Assembly (NCBI GenBank): GCA_963422365.1
Contig: OY729426.1
Location: forward strand, 2,112,001-2,176,000
Direction of reading: 5' to 3'
DNA from: Nitrospirales bacterium
GTDB taxonomy: Bacteria; Nitrospirota; Nitrospiria; Nitrospirales; UBA8639
DNA length: 64,000 bases
Shown here: positions 30,967 to 42,185 of the stretch, piece by piece
How positions within the stretch are numbered: the stretch's first letter is position 1
Layout: every line of letters starts with the position of its first letter
Notes under the pieces: generated by a model
The model's database searches: none
Told to the model about the DNA's origin: nothing
The model's input: the letters and a program-made list of their open reading frames with translations, nothing else
Position numbers and translations under genes: made by a program

Positions 30967-31420
30967 GCAGACCAAACTCATCGGGTCTCAATCAAAGCCA
31001 AAGCGCACCTTGATCATGTGTGTATTACATGGCATTCCAAACATTCTTCGTGTCGCGGGATTCAAATCACCCTGCTCGAGTCCCTATGTGTCCATAGGTT
31101 AGGGTTCTCGTCCTGCGGCTTTCTTAGTATGGCCGCACACTCTTGTGGCAAAGGACACTAATTTTGCAGATCTCCTGCGGAAAACAGGTCCTCAGACACA
31201 CACACCCTAAATCTTCGGTCCAGTGGTGCGGTGTTACGTTGCTCAACTCTCACGGAAGCTTTGCAGATCGCCATGCAATCGGATTTTGCGCTGACTGGCG
31301 GGGTTTACTCCCGAAACCCCTCCAATCTTTAGTTGGCTCGCGAAGTTTTTGACGTGGGTCATTCTTCTATTCATCGCCCAATCACCGGTCGGACGACAAC
31401 CCTTTGGCAGGCATCGCCCG

Positions 31421-32302
31421 TCAGGGGTGGGCACCAAGGCCGAAAGGAACGGGGAGGTGCAACAATTCATGGTTCAACGGCTGACCGACGAGAACACCAT
31501 ACGTCGAGGTTTTGCGCCGACTGAGTAAAACCGTACCGCCTTGTAATTTGGCTTCTTCCAATTCCTCGGTAATTTCAATCAGCCGGCCCTTCCCATCGCC
31601 TGCCATCGGAACCATCTGACGCTCGATATACTTGACCAACCCCACACCTTTCACTAACCACAGCATCATGGTGTCAAATCCGGAGATCTGTGTGCCGTCA
31701 CCGGATAAATGCACGAACAACTTCATTTGCGCTTCCATGCGAACCGCTTTCTCATACGTCCCTAACGGCACCGTCACAGATTCTTGCCCATTGATGCTTA
31801 CCGTAGCTTGGATATCCACTGTTTCCGCTTGGCCGTCACGATCAAGATCCAATCCAAGGTTGAGAGTTTTTCGATCCAATTGATAAAAGGTACTCGGCAT
31901 TTCAAGAGGAAATCTCACAATTTGATAGGGAATTAACTGCCGTTCCAAGATCGTGCCAGGCTTGGATCCATAATAACGAATGCCTGCGGCATCACGAAGA
32001 TAATAACTGTCGGTCGGCCCTTGGTCCCCGGGATTGGTATCATGAAACACCGTGACCATAACGCCGTCTTTTTTTTCTGCTCCCGTGACCCTTGAGACAT
32101 TCACAAACGTTTTCCCCTCAATCTGATTGACGATCCCTTCGGTTATACGACCCTGATACCGCCACTCATTTCCCGTTTCATCGGGAAAATAGATGCTCGC
32201 ATCATGGATCACGATTGGGGTGATCTGCCCAAACCCATAACTACCCCAGCCCACGACGAGGCCTAAGACCATCAGTGCATTCACCACGGAGAATCTGACC
32301 AC
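31421..32302 (-). CDS. Secreted beta-rich hypothetical protein
   Basis: Signal peptide, YFP..GNEWRY, ESVTVPLGTY, WLVKGVGLVK; AGGAGGG SD. Confidence 0.8.
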   Translation of the reverse strand: MVRFSVVNALMVLGLVVGWGSYGFGQITPIVIHDASIYFPDETGNEWRYQGRITEGIVNQIEGKTFVNVSRVTGAEKKDGVMVTVFHDTNPGDQGPTDSYYLRDAAGIRYYGSKPGTILERQLIPYQIVRFPLEMPSTFYQLDRKTLNLGLDLDRDGQAETVDIQATVSINGQESVTVPLGTYEKAVRMEAQMKLFVHLSGDGTQISGFDTMMLWLVKGVGLVKYIERQMVPMAGDGKGRLIEITEELEEAKLQGGTVLLSRRKTSTYGVLVGQPLNHELLHLPVPFGLGAHP

Positions 32303-32447
32303 AATCCCTCCTGATTTTCTGTCTTCACACGAAGCTATTGAGATTCTTTCACCGTATCATAGCCCCCACAGCACAGCAAGATAGAGGCCTCACGATTTTT
32401 TGTTGAGGTTTGCCTTGCCGCGTTTCATTCGAGATAATCATCCTGGT

Positions 32448-33221
32448 ATGCCCCCAGCACTCAATCACGCATCACACCAAGGTCAATTTTCTACAGGCCG
32501 TTCCACCCCAACGGTGCTCGTCCTCGGAGGCTCTGGCGTCATTGGTTCCGCGGTTTGTCTTCGATTCGCGCGACAGGGGTGGAATGTCGGCGTCCATTAT
32601 CACACCAATCACTGCTCCGCCGCCGACACTCTTCAAAAAATCGAACAACTCGGGCGACAGGGCAGATCGTTTCAAGCGGATATGAGTGATTCACGCCAAA
32701 TTCATGCCCTCTTTGACCACGTTCAAACGGCATGGTCTGGACTCGATGCGTTTGTTTGGTCAGTGGGCCAAACCGTCAATCGCCTCACCATCCGCCTCAC
32801 GCCATCCGAGTGGGAGCACATACTGCATACCAATCTCACCGGCCTCTTTCTCTGTCTTCAAAAAGGGATACCTCTTTTTTCTGAACAACACGGAGGTGCC
32901 GTAACCGTGATGAGTTCTTTAAGCAGCACCTGGGCCGGAGCGGGGCAAGCAGCCTATGCGGCTTGCAAAGCTGGCGCCTTGGGATTAGTGAAGTCTGCGG
33001 CTCAGGAATTCGGCAATGCCAACGTCCGCATCAACGCCGTCTTTCCAGGTTGGCATCAATCGCCTCTGGCCGGAGACGCGTTTCCTCATCCGGGCCATCT
33101 CCACACCCATGTACTGGGACGCACCCCCTCGCTCGATGAAGTCACTGATTTCATCTACCGCTTGACCACAACTCAAGATATCTCCGGTCAAGTTTATAAT
33201 ATGGATAACCGGATTGGCTGA
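32448..33221 (+). CDS. SDR oxidoreductase, FabG-like
   Basis: GGSGVIG, YAACK, RINAVFPG. Confidence 0.88.
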   Translation: MPPALNHASHQGQFSTGRSTPTVLVLGGSGVIGSAVCLRFARQGWNVGVHYHTNHCSAADTLQKIEQLGRQGRSFQADMSDSRQIHALFDHVQTAWSGLDAFVWSVGQTVNRLTIRLTPSEWEHILHTNLTGLFLCLQKGIPLFSEQHGGAVTVMSSLSSTWAGAGQAAYAACKAGALGLVKSAAQEFGNANVRINAVFPGWHQSPLAGDAFPHPGHLHTHVLGRTPSLDEVTDFIYRLTTTQDISGQVYNMDNRIG

Positions 33222-33232
33222 GGACGACAGGC

Positions 33233-33982
33233 ATGCCCAACCAGCCGCCTCAATCGCCGAAAGGCGCGTTTATTACTGGAACAGATACGAACGTTGGGAA
33301 AACCGTGGTGACTGCCGCCTTGGGCATTGCCCTGCAACAAACCGGAGGCACCGTCGGCATCCTGAAGCCTATCGAGACGGGAACCACGCAGGACGCCAGG
33401 CCATCTGTTTCCGACGGAGATCGCTACAGGGAATTATTCGCTCCTCATAAGAACGTGGATGTGCTCAGTCTCTATTGTTTTCCTTCACCCATTGTCCCAC
33501 TCGAAGCGGCACGCATCTCTCAACAGCCCATCAATGTGCAAGCCACTCTCGACGCCTACCAGACTTTTGCCGTTCAGCATGATTATATGCTGGTAGAAGG
33601 CGTCGGCGGCATTCTGGTGCCTCTGACTCAAACACAGGATGTTCGCAATCTGATTGAGCTTCTGGGCCTTCCTTGCCTTATCGTGAGTCGAACCAGCTTA
33701 GGTTCAATTAACCATACGCGATTAACCCTCATGGGACTTCATCAGGCAAGCATTCCGATTTTAGGGATTCTGCTTAATCACACCAGAACAGACAGAACCT
33801 GGGAAGAGCAGCAAGAAACGGCGTCAACCGTCAAGTTAATCCGCGAACTCAGCGAAGTGCCGGTCTTTGGCCCCCTCCCCTTTCAACCCCACCTTCACTT
33901 ACAGTGGGAAGACGGCATCACAACACTCGCGAACCATTCAATTATGCAGGACGTGACGAGGATGGTGCAGGAAAGTGACTGA
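33233..33982 (+). CDS. bioD: Dethiobiotin synthase
   Basis: ITGTDTNVGKT, KPIETG, VEGVGG, LGSINHT. Confidence 0.96.
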   Translation: MPNQPPQSPKGAFITGTDTNVGKTVVTAALGIALQQTGGTVGILKPIETGTTQDARPSVSDGDRYRELFAPHKNVDVLSLYCFPSPIVPLEAARISQQPINVQATLDAYQTFAVQHDYMLVEGVGGILVPLTQTQDVRNLIELLGLPCLIVSRTSLGSINHTRLTLMGLHQASIPILGILLNHTRTDRTWEEQQETASTVKLIRELSEVPVFGPLPFQPHLHLQWEDGITTLANHSIMQDVTRMVQESD

Positions 33983-34592
33983 CAAAATCACACATTGTCT
34001 GTTCCATTTGCGAGGAATTGAGCACGGCGGAGGCTACGGCGACACCATTCGCTCCGGAGTCAACGATCTCCTCAAGGGAATCCAAGGTGATCCCTCCGAT
34101 CACGAACACCGGCAGCGAGGTGAGGGAGCGAATCTCTTGTAACCCGGCAAGACCCACGGGCGCCCTATGGGCTTCTTTGGTCGCTGTGGGAAAGAGAGGC
34201 CCGTATCCGATATAGTCCGCACCCCCCTGAGTTGCCTGTGCCACCTCTTCGGGTCGACGGGTCGAGATACCAATGATCTTCTGATGTCCCATGACTTTTC
34301 TTGCCAACTCCAAAGGAAGATCTTCTTGCCCCAAGTGCACCCCATCCGCCTCCACCGCCAGGGCTACGTCACACCGATCATTGACAATGAACAAGGCACC
34401 GAATCGAGTAGCAACCTCTCGCAATTCCTTGGCTTTGGCAAACAGGTCTTGCAAAGATCCGGTTTTATTTCGATATTGAAACACCTGGATACCACACCCG
34501 ACTGCCAACTCCAAGACATGCGACAAATGACGCTTGGGAGCCCACTGCTCATCCAACAACAGATACACGCCGAAAAGGGAAGGATGGGACAC
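33942..34592 (-). CDS. thiE: Thiamine-phosphate synthase
   Basis: QYRNK, IVNDR, GVHLGQED, GPLFPTATK, IGGI. Confidence 0.96.
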   Translation of the reverse strand: MSHPSLFGVYLLLDEQWAPKRHLSHVLELAVGCGIQVFQYRNKTGSLQDLFAKAKELREVATRFGALFIVNDRCDVALAVEADGVHLGQEDLPLELARKVMGHQKIIGISTRRPEEVAQATQGGADYIGYGPLFPTATKEAHRAPVGLAGLQEIRSLTSLPVFVIGGITLDSLEEIVDSGANGVAVASAVLNSSQMEQTMCDFVSHFPAPSSSRPA

Positions 34593-34610
34593 AGGATATG
34601 AGATGAAACC

Positions 34611-35960
34611 CTAAAGCCTACTGCTGGCTAAGAACCGATCGAGAAAATTCGTAGACACTCCACCTTTTTGAAAGTCGGGATCGCTCAAGATGAGTCGTTG
34701 CAGCGGAATCGTCGTTTTTATCCCTTCCACGGTAAACTCCTCAAGTGCGCGTTGCGCCCGAGCAAGGGCGTCCTCACGATCTTGTCCATGCGCAATCAAT
34801 TTGGCGATCATGGAATCGTAATGTGGATGGACCTGGCCCATCGCTTCTAAGGCCGTATCCACTCGAATCCCCGCCCCTCCGGGAACATGAAATCCTGACA
34901 CCACGCCAGGACTCGGGACGAAGGTCTCTGAGCACTCGGCGTTGATTCGACATTCGATACTGTGACCATTCAACTGAATATCCTTCTGTCGAAATCGTAA
35001 CGGCACTCCAGCGGCCACACGGATTTGTTCTTTGATGAGATCAAGCCCGGTCACCATTTCGGTGACTGGATGTTCGACTTGGATCCGTGTATTGACTTCC
35101 ATGAAATAAAATTTTCGATTTTGATCGAGCAAAAATTCCACGGTTCCCGCATTTCGATATTGCACGGCTTTGACAACTTTGAGGGCAACTTTCCCCATTT
35201 CCTGTCTTAACGAGTCATCCACGACAGGAGACGGGGATTCCTCCACCAACTTTTGGTAGCGGCGCTGAATCGAACAGTCTCGCTCTCCCAAGTGAACCGC
35301 ATGCCCGTGTTCATCAGCCAACACTTGAATTTCGATATGCCAGGGATCACTAAAATACTTTTCAAGATAGACCCCATCGTGGTCAAACCCTGTTCTCGCT
35401 TCGACCTGGGCCGACAGAATCGCCTTCCCTAACTCGGCTTCGCGGCTGACGACCCGCATGCCGCGTCCTCCTCCTCCAGCCGACGCCTTCACCATGACCG
35501 GGTATCCAAGCTTGTCAGCAAGTTGCACGGCATGATCAAGATTGCGGATCTCGCCTTCGCTACCTGGCATGACGGGAATCCCATGCCGGAGCATGGTTGC
35601 TCGCGCCTTGGACTTATCACCCAACAGGGCAATATGCTCGGAGGTCGGCCCGATGAAGGTGAGGCCGATTGATTCACAGACTTCGGCAAAATGCGCATTC
35701 TCTGCGAGAAACCCATATCCAGGATGGATCGCATCAGCCCCGGTGATTTCTGCCGCGCTCAACACATTGGGAATATTCCGATAGCTCAATGCACTGTCGG
35801 CCGGTCCAATGCACACGTGCTCATCCGCGTAACGTACGGGCAGAGAACGCGCATCGGCTTCAGAGTAGACGGCTACTGTCTCAATTCCCATCTCTCGACA
35901 GGCACGGATAATTCGAAGGGCAATTTCTCCACGATTGGCAATTAAAATTTTTTTGAACAC
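34611..35960 (-). CDS. accC: Biotin carboxylase
   Basis: [48 protein letters not shown]. Confidence 0.98.
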   Translation of the reverse strand: MFKKILIANRGEIALRIIRACREMGIETVAVYSEADARSLPVRYADEHVCIGPADSALSYRNIPNVLSAAEITGADAIHPGYGFLAENAHFAEVCESIGLTFIGPTSEHIALLGDKSKARATMLRHGIPVMPGSEGEIRNLDHAVQLADKLGYPVMVKASAGGGGRGMRVVSREAELGKAILSAQVEARTGFDHDGVYLEKYFSDPWHIEIQVLADEHGHAVHLGERDCSIQRRYQKLVEESPSPVVDDSLRQEMGKVALKVVKAVQYRNAGTVEFLLDQNRKFYFMEVNTRIQVEHPVTEMVTGLDLIKEQIRVAAGVPLRFRQKDIQLNGHSIECRINAECSETFVPSPGVVSGFHVPGGAGIRVDTALEAMGQVHPHYDSMIAKLIAHGQDREDALARAQRALEEFTVEGIKTTIPLQRLILSDPDFQKGGVSTNFLDRFLASSRL

Positions 35961-35987
35961 GGGTTTTCCTCGTGGAGCGAACGAGAT

Positions 35988-36458
35988 TCAAGCAACGGGG
36001 AGCGGATCAATGACAAACAAGGGTTGTCCATATTCAACCCCTGCCTCACTCTCAACCAATACTTTGACGATTCGACCATCAACTTCGGATTCGATTTCGT
36101 TCATCAGTTTCATGGCTTCGACAATGCACAAGACTTGACCTCTGCTCACCACGTCTCCTTCTTCCACATACGGCTCGGCATCAGGCGACAATGACCGATA
36201 AAACGTCCCGACAATAGGCGAGGTGACCGTCAACAATCCAGACGAATCCATTTTTGCGGACTCTGCGATCGCTTCAGGTGCTTGACGGGGCTCTGGGGCG
36301 GGAGAGGGCACTGGCACACTCGAGGGATGCACCATGGCAATGGATTCCCGTCGTACCCGGATGTGCAAATCCCCACGTTCAACCTCAATCTCGGTCAAAT
36401 TCTGCTCATTCAGAATTTCAACCAGTTCCTGAATCTCTTGTCGTTGTTCGCTTTTCAT
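35988..36458 (-). CDS. accB: Biotin carboxyl carrier protein
   Basis: SPIVGTFY, EAMKLMNE. Confidence 0.97.
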   Translation of the reverse strand: MKSEQRQEIQELVEILNEQNLTEIEVERGDLHIRVRRESIAMVHPSSVPVPSPAPEPRQAPEAIAESAKMDSSGLLTVTSPIVGTFYRSLSPDAEPYVEEGDVVSRGQVLCIVEAMKLMNEIESEVDGRIVKVLVESEAGVEYGQPLFVIDPLPVA

Positions 36459-36461
36459 ACA

Positions 36462-37025
36462 TCACACTCGGACGCGTTCGACATATTCTCTGGTCCGAGT
36501 ATCGACTCTAACCACCTCACCAATCCCCAGATACAACGGCACCTTAATAGTCGCTCCCGTCTCAACCATCGCGGGCTTCGTTCCTCCCGAGGCAGTATCT
36601 CCTCGAATGCCAGGGTCGGTTTCTACGACCTCTAATTCCATAAACGTCGGCAATCTCATGGAGATGGGTCTGCTTTCGTAGAGTAACATTTCCACTGTCG
36701 TGTTTTCTTTGAGCAGATCTGCATTGTCTCCAAGTTGGTCTTTTTCATAGGTACACTGTTCATAGGACGAGGTATCCATAAACGTGTAGGCATCACCAAC
36801 TGAATAGAGAAACTGCATTTCGCATTCGTCTAAATCCGGTTCATCAAATTTTTCACCTGACCGAAATGTCTTTTCCAGAACCTGCCCGGTTTTTAAATTC
36901 TTCAACTTGGTCCGAACAAACGCACCGCCTTTGCCAGGTTTCACATGTTGAAATTCCACAATAGAATACGGCATCCTCCCCAACTCCATCCGAGCACCAT
37001 TTCGAAATTCTGCAGTTGAAATCAC
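36462..37025 (-). CDS. efp: Elongation factor P
   Basis: HVKPGKGGAFVR, PGIRGDTASG. Confidence 0.98.
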   Translation of the reverse strand: MISTAEFRNGARMELGRMPYSIVEFQHVKPGKGGAFVRTKLKNLKTGQVLEKTFRSGEKFDEPDLDECEMQFLYSVGDAYTFMDTSSYEQCTYEKDQLGDNADLLKENTTVEMLLYESRPISMRLPTFMELEVVETDPGIRGDTASGGTKPAMVETGATIKVPLYLGIGEVVRVDTRTREYVERVRV

Positions 37026-37157
37026 GATTCATATATCCTTTCTCTATTCGCTCTCTCATGAATGGATCCAGGTAGCTTCCTGAACGGCCCTCCCTTGCTA
37101 TCCTCCTCCGGGAGGCTCAGGACAAGCACTGATCTCCAGGCCCCTGTCCTGTCTATT

Positions 37158-37227
37158 GGCAGCACGCCCTCTCATGGCGCTCTCTTTACAGGCTGCATAT
37201 ACAGGCTGCATAAGATGCAGCCGCTCC
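37158..37227. repeat. Degenerate REP doublet with an internal 13-bp tandem duplication
   Basis: GGCTGCATAAGATGCAGCC palindrome (37204-37222); TACAGGCTGCATA x2 (37187-37212). Confidence 0.65.
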
Positions 37228-37319
37228 ATTGCAAGAGTGGCTTCTCAGCACGCTTCATGCCCAACGGTCCCAGGGCATCCTGCCCCCTTTGTTGTAACCC
37301 CTTTCTGGTCATTCTGCTC

Positions 37320-37772
37320 TCAGCGCCTGTGCTGAGCCCTTCTGACATGGTCAATGACCGCCCGAACCCCGAGTTGATAACTCAACGCCCCAAAACCACT
37401 GATTTGGCCAAGAGCCACCCCAGCCAGATAGGAATGTTGGCGAAATTCCTCACGTTGGTGAAGATTCGACAAATGCACTTCAACGGTCGGCAACGTGACA
37501 CTCAATATGGCATCACGAAGGGCCACACTGGTATGCGTATAGGCAGCAGGATTGATCACAATCGCATCAAACTGGCCTCGGGCTTCTTGAATCCACGACA
37601 CCAATTCTCCTTCGCTATTTGAGTGCTTTGCCTCAAGGGTCACACCTTCAGTCTTCGCCAATTCCATGAGTTCAACATTGATAGCGTGAAGGGTCTGCTC
37701 CCCGTACATCTCCTGCTCGCGGACACCAAGCATATTGAGATTAGGCCCATGCAACACTAAGATCCGGATCAT
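37320..37772 (-). CDS. aroQ: Type II 3-dehydroquinate dehydratase
   Basis: [28 protein letters not shown]. Confidence 0.97.
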   Translation of the reverse strand: MIRILVLHGPNLNMLGVREQEMYGEQTLHAINVELMELAKTEGVTLEAKHSNSEGELVSWIQEARGQFDAIVINPAAYTHTSVALRDAILSVTLPTVEVHLSNLHQREEFRQHSYLAGVALGQISGFGALSYQLGVRAVIDHVRRAQHRR

Positions 37773-37884
37773 GAAAACGTTCTGTCAGTGTTTGATGAAG
37801 AAATGAATGCTCTAGGCGAGGAAAGGACCATCACACTAAAACTCAATCACCGAGCAGGCTTACATGCGTGACATGGAAAGGATT

Positions 37885-39411
37885 CTAACAAGGCGAGGGA
37901 TTCCGGTCAATGGCACTGTTTCTACCCTTTGCTGATGCCACTTTTTGAGACAAGACGCGCCGAAGCTCCACCATTCCCAGTGTATCCCGCGCGCAATAGG
38001 AATGAAGAGCCGATGCCACACGTTGCCGCTCAACCCAATCGGTCACAGCAAACATCATTCGAGTGTACATCGCCGACGCAGTTGCGCCATCCTTGATTTC
38101 CAAATCTCCATAATCTAATGACGGCACAAGGGCAGGCAGCACGGATTTCATTGAAAATGACCCCTGAAAATCAGGATGGTAATAATGGGTTTGAAGCACC
38201 AGCAAGAGATCCCAGAGGCGCTCCCCTACTCGAAGCAAATCTTTTCGCAAGTGAGGCACGGCTTCGGCCAATGACTTCACGATGGAGTGTTCAGACTCAG
38301 AGTAGACGCAGATACTGCCTTCCTCTCCGACAGATTCCAGCAGGCTCATCGCGATTTCTTCACGTGGATTGTTTTGTTCCGTACATAAATAAGCGGTATG
38401 CTGCAAAGCCCCGTCTTTCATTTCCGTATGGTTCGACCATTGAATCGGGACAGGCTGATAGGGATGAGTGCGCGCATACAGAGGAATCGCGGGCATCACA
38501 GTCTCAAAATCCAAATGATGGACGGGATAACGGACGGATTGAAGCACCTCCGCCAACTGTGGCGAGATCCATTCCACATTCTCCCGCATGCGACGTTGGA
38601 TGTGGGTCAGAGAAACCTGAGAAGGAATCTCATCGATCGTTTCAATCCCTTGTCGACTCAACCGACGCACGACGTCTTTCCCACCGGGCAAATAATAAAT
38701 CCACCGTGTCGGTTTGGAAGCCGTACAATGCAACCAGAACGGGCATTCATAGGGAGAGTGGCAATGATGATCCGGCTTGATGTCAGGAGCTTGGCTTTCG
38801 CCAAGCATCGAACGCATCTGCTCCAGGCGTGCAGGAATGTCCGGCAGCCTTTCTCGGATCACCTCGGTGAGGTCTTCAAGCGCAAACAATTGCTGCAGAT
38901 CGACGTCCCCTCCGGGATAGGAATACTGTCTATTGACATGCATCAAGAAAGTTCCGGCAAGCACAAGCCCATTTCCTTGGAGCACGTGGGTTTGCACCGC
39001 CAGATCGTTAAGATGCACGGATTTCACACGTGAGGCGGCTTTCACTTCAATCAACCTCCATGAACAATCAACCCGTTCAAGCACATCGACCCGAACCAAT
39101 GTGCCTTCAAATTGAAAGGCTCCCTCGAAAATGGCGGTCACACTCGGATCGGCCATCAGGGCAGTCGTCTTTTCCAACGCAGCAGGAGAATGACGATGGC
39201 TCTCGGTAACCAATACTCCACCCGAAAAATACTGGTGCGCAATTTCATTAATTTTTTTTCCCATATCCAACATGACCTGGCGTCGCGCATCACTATCCGT
39301 AGCCAAATGAGGGGCATGGAACTCCAAATACAACCGTTTATGGCATTGGAGGCCAGAGAGAAACCTGGATTTGGAAAGACGAGGGGGGTAGCGAGGTGTC
39401 CAGCTTGTCAT
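37885..39411 (-). CDS. DUF2779-containing protein (PD-(D/E)XK-like N-terminus plus RNase H-like domain)
   Basis: LSKSRFLSGLQCHKRLYL, VRVDVL..LIEVK, HCHSPYECPFW..C, LDFET, SFSMKSVLP, YCARDT. Confidence 0.88.
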   Translation of the reverse strand: MTSWTPRYPPRLSKSRFLSGLQCHKRLYLEFHAPHLATDSDARRQVMLDMGKKINEIAHQYFSGGVLVTESHRHSPAALEKTTALMADPSVTAIFEGAFQFEGTLVRVDVLERVDCSWRLIEVKAASRVKSVHLNDLAVQTHVLQGNGLVLAGTFLMHVNRQYSYPGGDVDLQQLFALEDLTEVIRERLPDIPARLEQMRSMLGESQAPDIKPDHHCHSPYECPFWLHCTASKPTRWIYYLPGGKDVVRRLSRQGIETIDEIPSQVSLTHIQRRMRENVEWISPQLAEVLQSVRYPVHHLDFETVMPAIPLYARTHPYQPVPIQWSNHTEMKDGALQHTAYLCTEQNNPREEIAMSLLESVGEEGSICVYSESEHSIVKSLAEAVPHLRKDLLRVGERLWDLLLVLQTHYYHPDFQGSFSMKSVLPALVPSLDYGDLEIKDGATASAMYTRMMFAVTDWVERQRVASALHSYCARDTLGMVELRRVLSQKVASAKGRNSAIDRNPSPC

Positions 39412-39652
39412 AGATGAATGTTCTTCAAGGACAGCCCTGCATTCGTGGTGAACGTAGGGACGGCATGGGTCTTTCGTGAGCCTTGACAACGGTGGAAAAG
39501 CCTGATTTGTTGCAACAAGTTCCTCACAATAACTCTCCATTCAGAAACCATGATTCGGGAAGTTTTGGAATGTTCAAGCAAATGGCTGAATGAATGGTGG
39601 ATTATAAGTCGAGGGGGAAAAGAAACAAAATTTTGGAACAAGTTTATCATTC

Positions 39653-40840
39653 TCATAGGAGAGCCACGGCCACGGTATCGGCATAACGAATGCCCAAATC
39701 GGTCAATTTTACTTGTCCCTGACTCTCCACTCGCAACAAGCCTTCTTTGCGTAATTGATGAATCGTTGAAAACAGGACAGTCTTGTTACGACTCTCTGTG
39801 AATTGTGTCAGGACGGAAATTCCGGATAATAGCCGCAACCCCCATATGACACGTTCACGGTCTGCCTGGTCATGGGACAAACACGTTATCTCATCCAATG
39901 GCAATATTCCTTCCTTCAAGGAATCTGCATACCATTCTAAACTGGCCCCATTTCCAAACCGAACGTGATCAAGGCAGGATTGAGCACTCGGACCAAGTCC
40001 AAGATAGGCTTGGGCTTGCCAATACCGCATATTATGCCGACACGCATAGCCAGGCTGACAATAATTAGAAATTTCATATCGCTCAAATCCTGCGACGGCC
40101 AAACATTCGACCGCGATCTCTTCCAATGCGACCTGAAAGTCCTCGTCAGGCTCTGATCCATTTCCCCGAATAAACTCTCGATGAAAGGGCGAACCCTCTT
40201 CTAAGGTGTAGGCATAACAGGAAAGATGCGTGGGTGATAGGGCAAGAGCCTCTTCTAATGTCCGTTGCCACGATTCTACCGACTGCCCGGGGAATCCAAA
40301 CAACAGATCAAGTGAAATATTCGTAAAGCCCACAGACCGAGCCCAAGAGATGGCTTGCCTCACCCCTCCTCCAAAGGCCCGTCCTCCCAATGCTCGGAGT
40401 TCATTCTGATCAAACGATTGCCCTCCCACACTCAGTCGCGTAAATCCGGCTTGCCGGAGTGCTCCAAGACCCTCTGGAGTAACAGTCCCCGGATGAACTT
40501 CTATGGACACTTCAGCATCGTTCTCCACCACAAACCAACGCCGAATGGCGTTCAAGACCTGGATGAGTTGTTGCGGGGTTAAAGTCGTCGGGGTTCCCCC
40601 GCCGAAATAAATCGTGTGAACAGGGATATTGCGGAGTCCCACATCACGGGCATACAGGTAGAGTTCTTGATCCAAACCTCGCAAGAACTTTTGAACGCGA
40701 TTCTCACGGTGCCTCTCCATATAAAACGCGCAAAACCGACAACGCATCCGGCAAAAAGGGACATGCACGTAAAGGCCCAGATTCTCTGTTTGAATCTGGC
40801 CAAGCGTGTTTTGAAAATCAGCACGTGAAACTGCCGTCAT
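39653..40840 (-). CDS. hemW: Radical SAM heme chaperone HemW (HemN-like)
   Basis: YVHVPFCRMRCRFC, FGGGTPT, YEISNY, HNMRYW. Confidence 0.92.
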   Translation of the reverse strand: MTAVSRADFQNTLGQIQTENLGLYVHVPFCRMRCRFCAFYMERHRENRVQKFLRGLDQELYLYARDVGLRNIPVHTIYFGGGTPTTLTPQQLIQVLNAIRRWFVVENDAEVSIEVHPGTVTPEGLGALRQAGFTRLSVGGQSFDQNELRALGGRAFGGGVRQAISWARSVGFTNISLDLLFGFPGQSVESWQRTLEEALALSPTHLSCYAYTLEEGSPFHREFIRGNGSEPDEDFQVALEEIAVECLAVAGFERYEISNYCQPGYACRHNMRYWQAQAYLGLGPSAQSCLDHVRFGNGASLEWYADSLKEGILPLDEITCLSHDQADRERVIWGLRLLSGISVLTQFTESRNKTVLFSTIHQLRKEGLLRVESQGQVKLTDLGIRYADTVAVALL

Positions 40841-41066
40841 AGCCTAGAATCCTTCCATCATTGCTGGAAGTGTAATCCTGAATCATTCCGCACTCAACGA
40901 CAAAAACCACAACTCAAATCCCGCGACATCTATCTACTCCGGCTAGCCAAGACATTCTGGATCCTTGCCACTCTTTCGCACGACAATGTCGCGTCATTGC
41001 AGAATCGAATGCCGCGCAGTACATTTACGCATCAAAAAACAACGTGTCATATTTGGAGATTTACCT

Positions 41067-42074
41067 ATGAACCACCCTACTCCTGAGAAAATCATGCACC
41101 TGGGCATGGCATTTTGGGGATCCAAGACCCTGTTAAGTGCCGTCGAACTCGACGTGTTCACAATTGTGGCAAAAGGGCCGATGGATGCCCCAACCTTACG
41201 AAAACAACTTGGCCTACATGAGCGAAGTGCCTTGGATTTTTTTGATGCGTTGGTTGCGTTGGGCATGCTGGAGCGACACGATGGCCTTTATTCCAATACA
41301 CCGGAGACAGACTCCTATCTTGATAAAGCGAAGCCGTCGTATATTGGTGAATTCCTGGCAATGGCAAACAGACGGTTGTACCGATTTTGGGGGTCACTGA
41401 CCGAAGGGTTGAAAACCGGTCGCCCCCAAAACGAAGCCAAAAACGGAGGAAACTTTTTTGAAACCCTCTATGGCGACCCTGCCAGACTGACGAGTTTTAT
41501 GCAATCCATGACCGCCATGAGCATGGGCAGCAGCAAAGCCATTGCCCAAAAATTTCCGTGGAAGGATTATCGAACCTTAATCGATATTGGCTCGGCTCAA
41601 GGTGGGTTAGTAGTCGAAGTCGGCAAAGCGTATCCGCATATAACGGGGGGAGGGTTCGACCTACCTGCCACGGGACCCATTTTTGAAGAATATGTGGAAT
41701 CATGTGGACTGCGTGATCGATTCAAATTTATCCCCGGCGACATCTTTGCCGATCAACTCCCTGCTGCCGATGTGCTCTCCATGGGTCACATCCTGCACGA
41801 TTGGGACTTGGACCAAAAAAAGACCTTGCTCAAAAAAGCCTATGACGCCTTGCCCAGCGGAGGGGCCTTGCTTGTCTTTGAATCGCTCATTGACGACGAA
41901 CGCCGAGAGAATGCCTTTGGTCTCTTGATGAGTCTCAATATGCTCATTGAGCTCCCAGGAGGATTTGACTATACAGGGGCAGATTGCCGCGGATGGATGA
42001 AAGAAGCTGGGTTTCGGGAAACTCGGGTTGAACACCTAGCCGGTCCCGATTCCATGGTCATCGGACTCAAGTAA
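41067..42074 (+). CDS. O-methyltransferase family 2
   Basis: Dimerisation domain, [16 protein letters not shown]. Confidence 0.92.
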   Translation: MNHPTPEKIMHLGMAFWGSKTLLSAVELDVFTIVAKGPMDAPTLRKQLGLHERSALDFFDALVALGMLERHDGLYSNTPETDSYLDKAKPSYIGEFLAMANRRLYRFWGSLTEGLKTGRPQNEAKNGGNFFETLYGDPARLTSFMQSMTAMSMGSSKAIAQKFPWKDYRTLIDIGSAQGGLVVEVGKAYPHITGGGFDLPATGPIFEEYVESCGLRDRFKFIPGDIFADQLPAADVLSMGHILHDWDLDQKKTLLKKAYDALPSGGALLVFESLIDDERRENAFGLLMSLNMLIELPGGFDYTGADCRGWMKEAGFRETRVEHLAGPDSMVIGLK

Positions 42075-42185
42075 CCTTGTCGTCTCTGACTTTCACAATA
42101 GTCGCGGCCTGCTGAAAAAAGCCGGAATCGTTTTGGTACCGACCCCCAGTCCGCGTTCGGATGAAATGTCCGCTCCTCCCTCACT

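Noticed and set aside
38118..39033. Long plus-strand ORFs (220 and 211 aa)
   Set aside because: Antisense to the DUF2779 gene, with no motifs.
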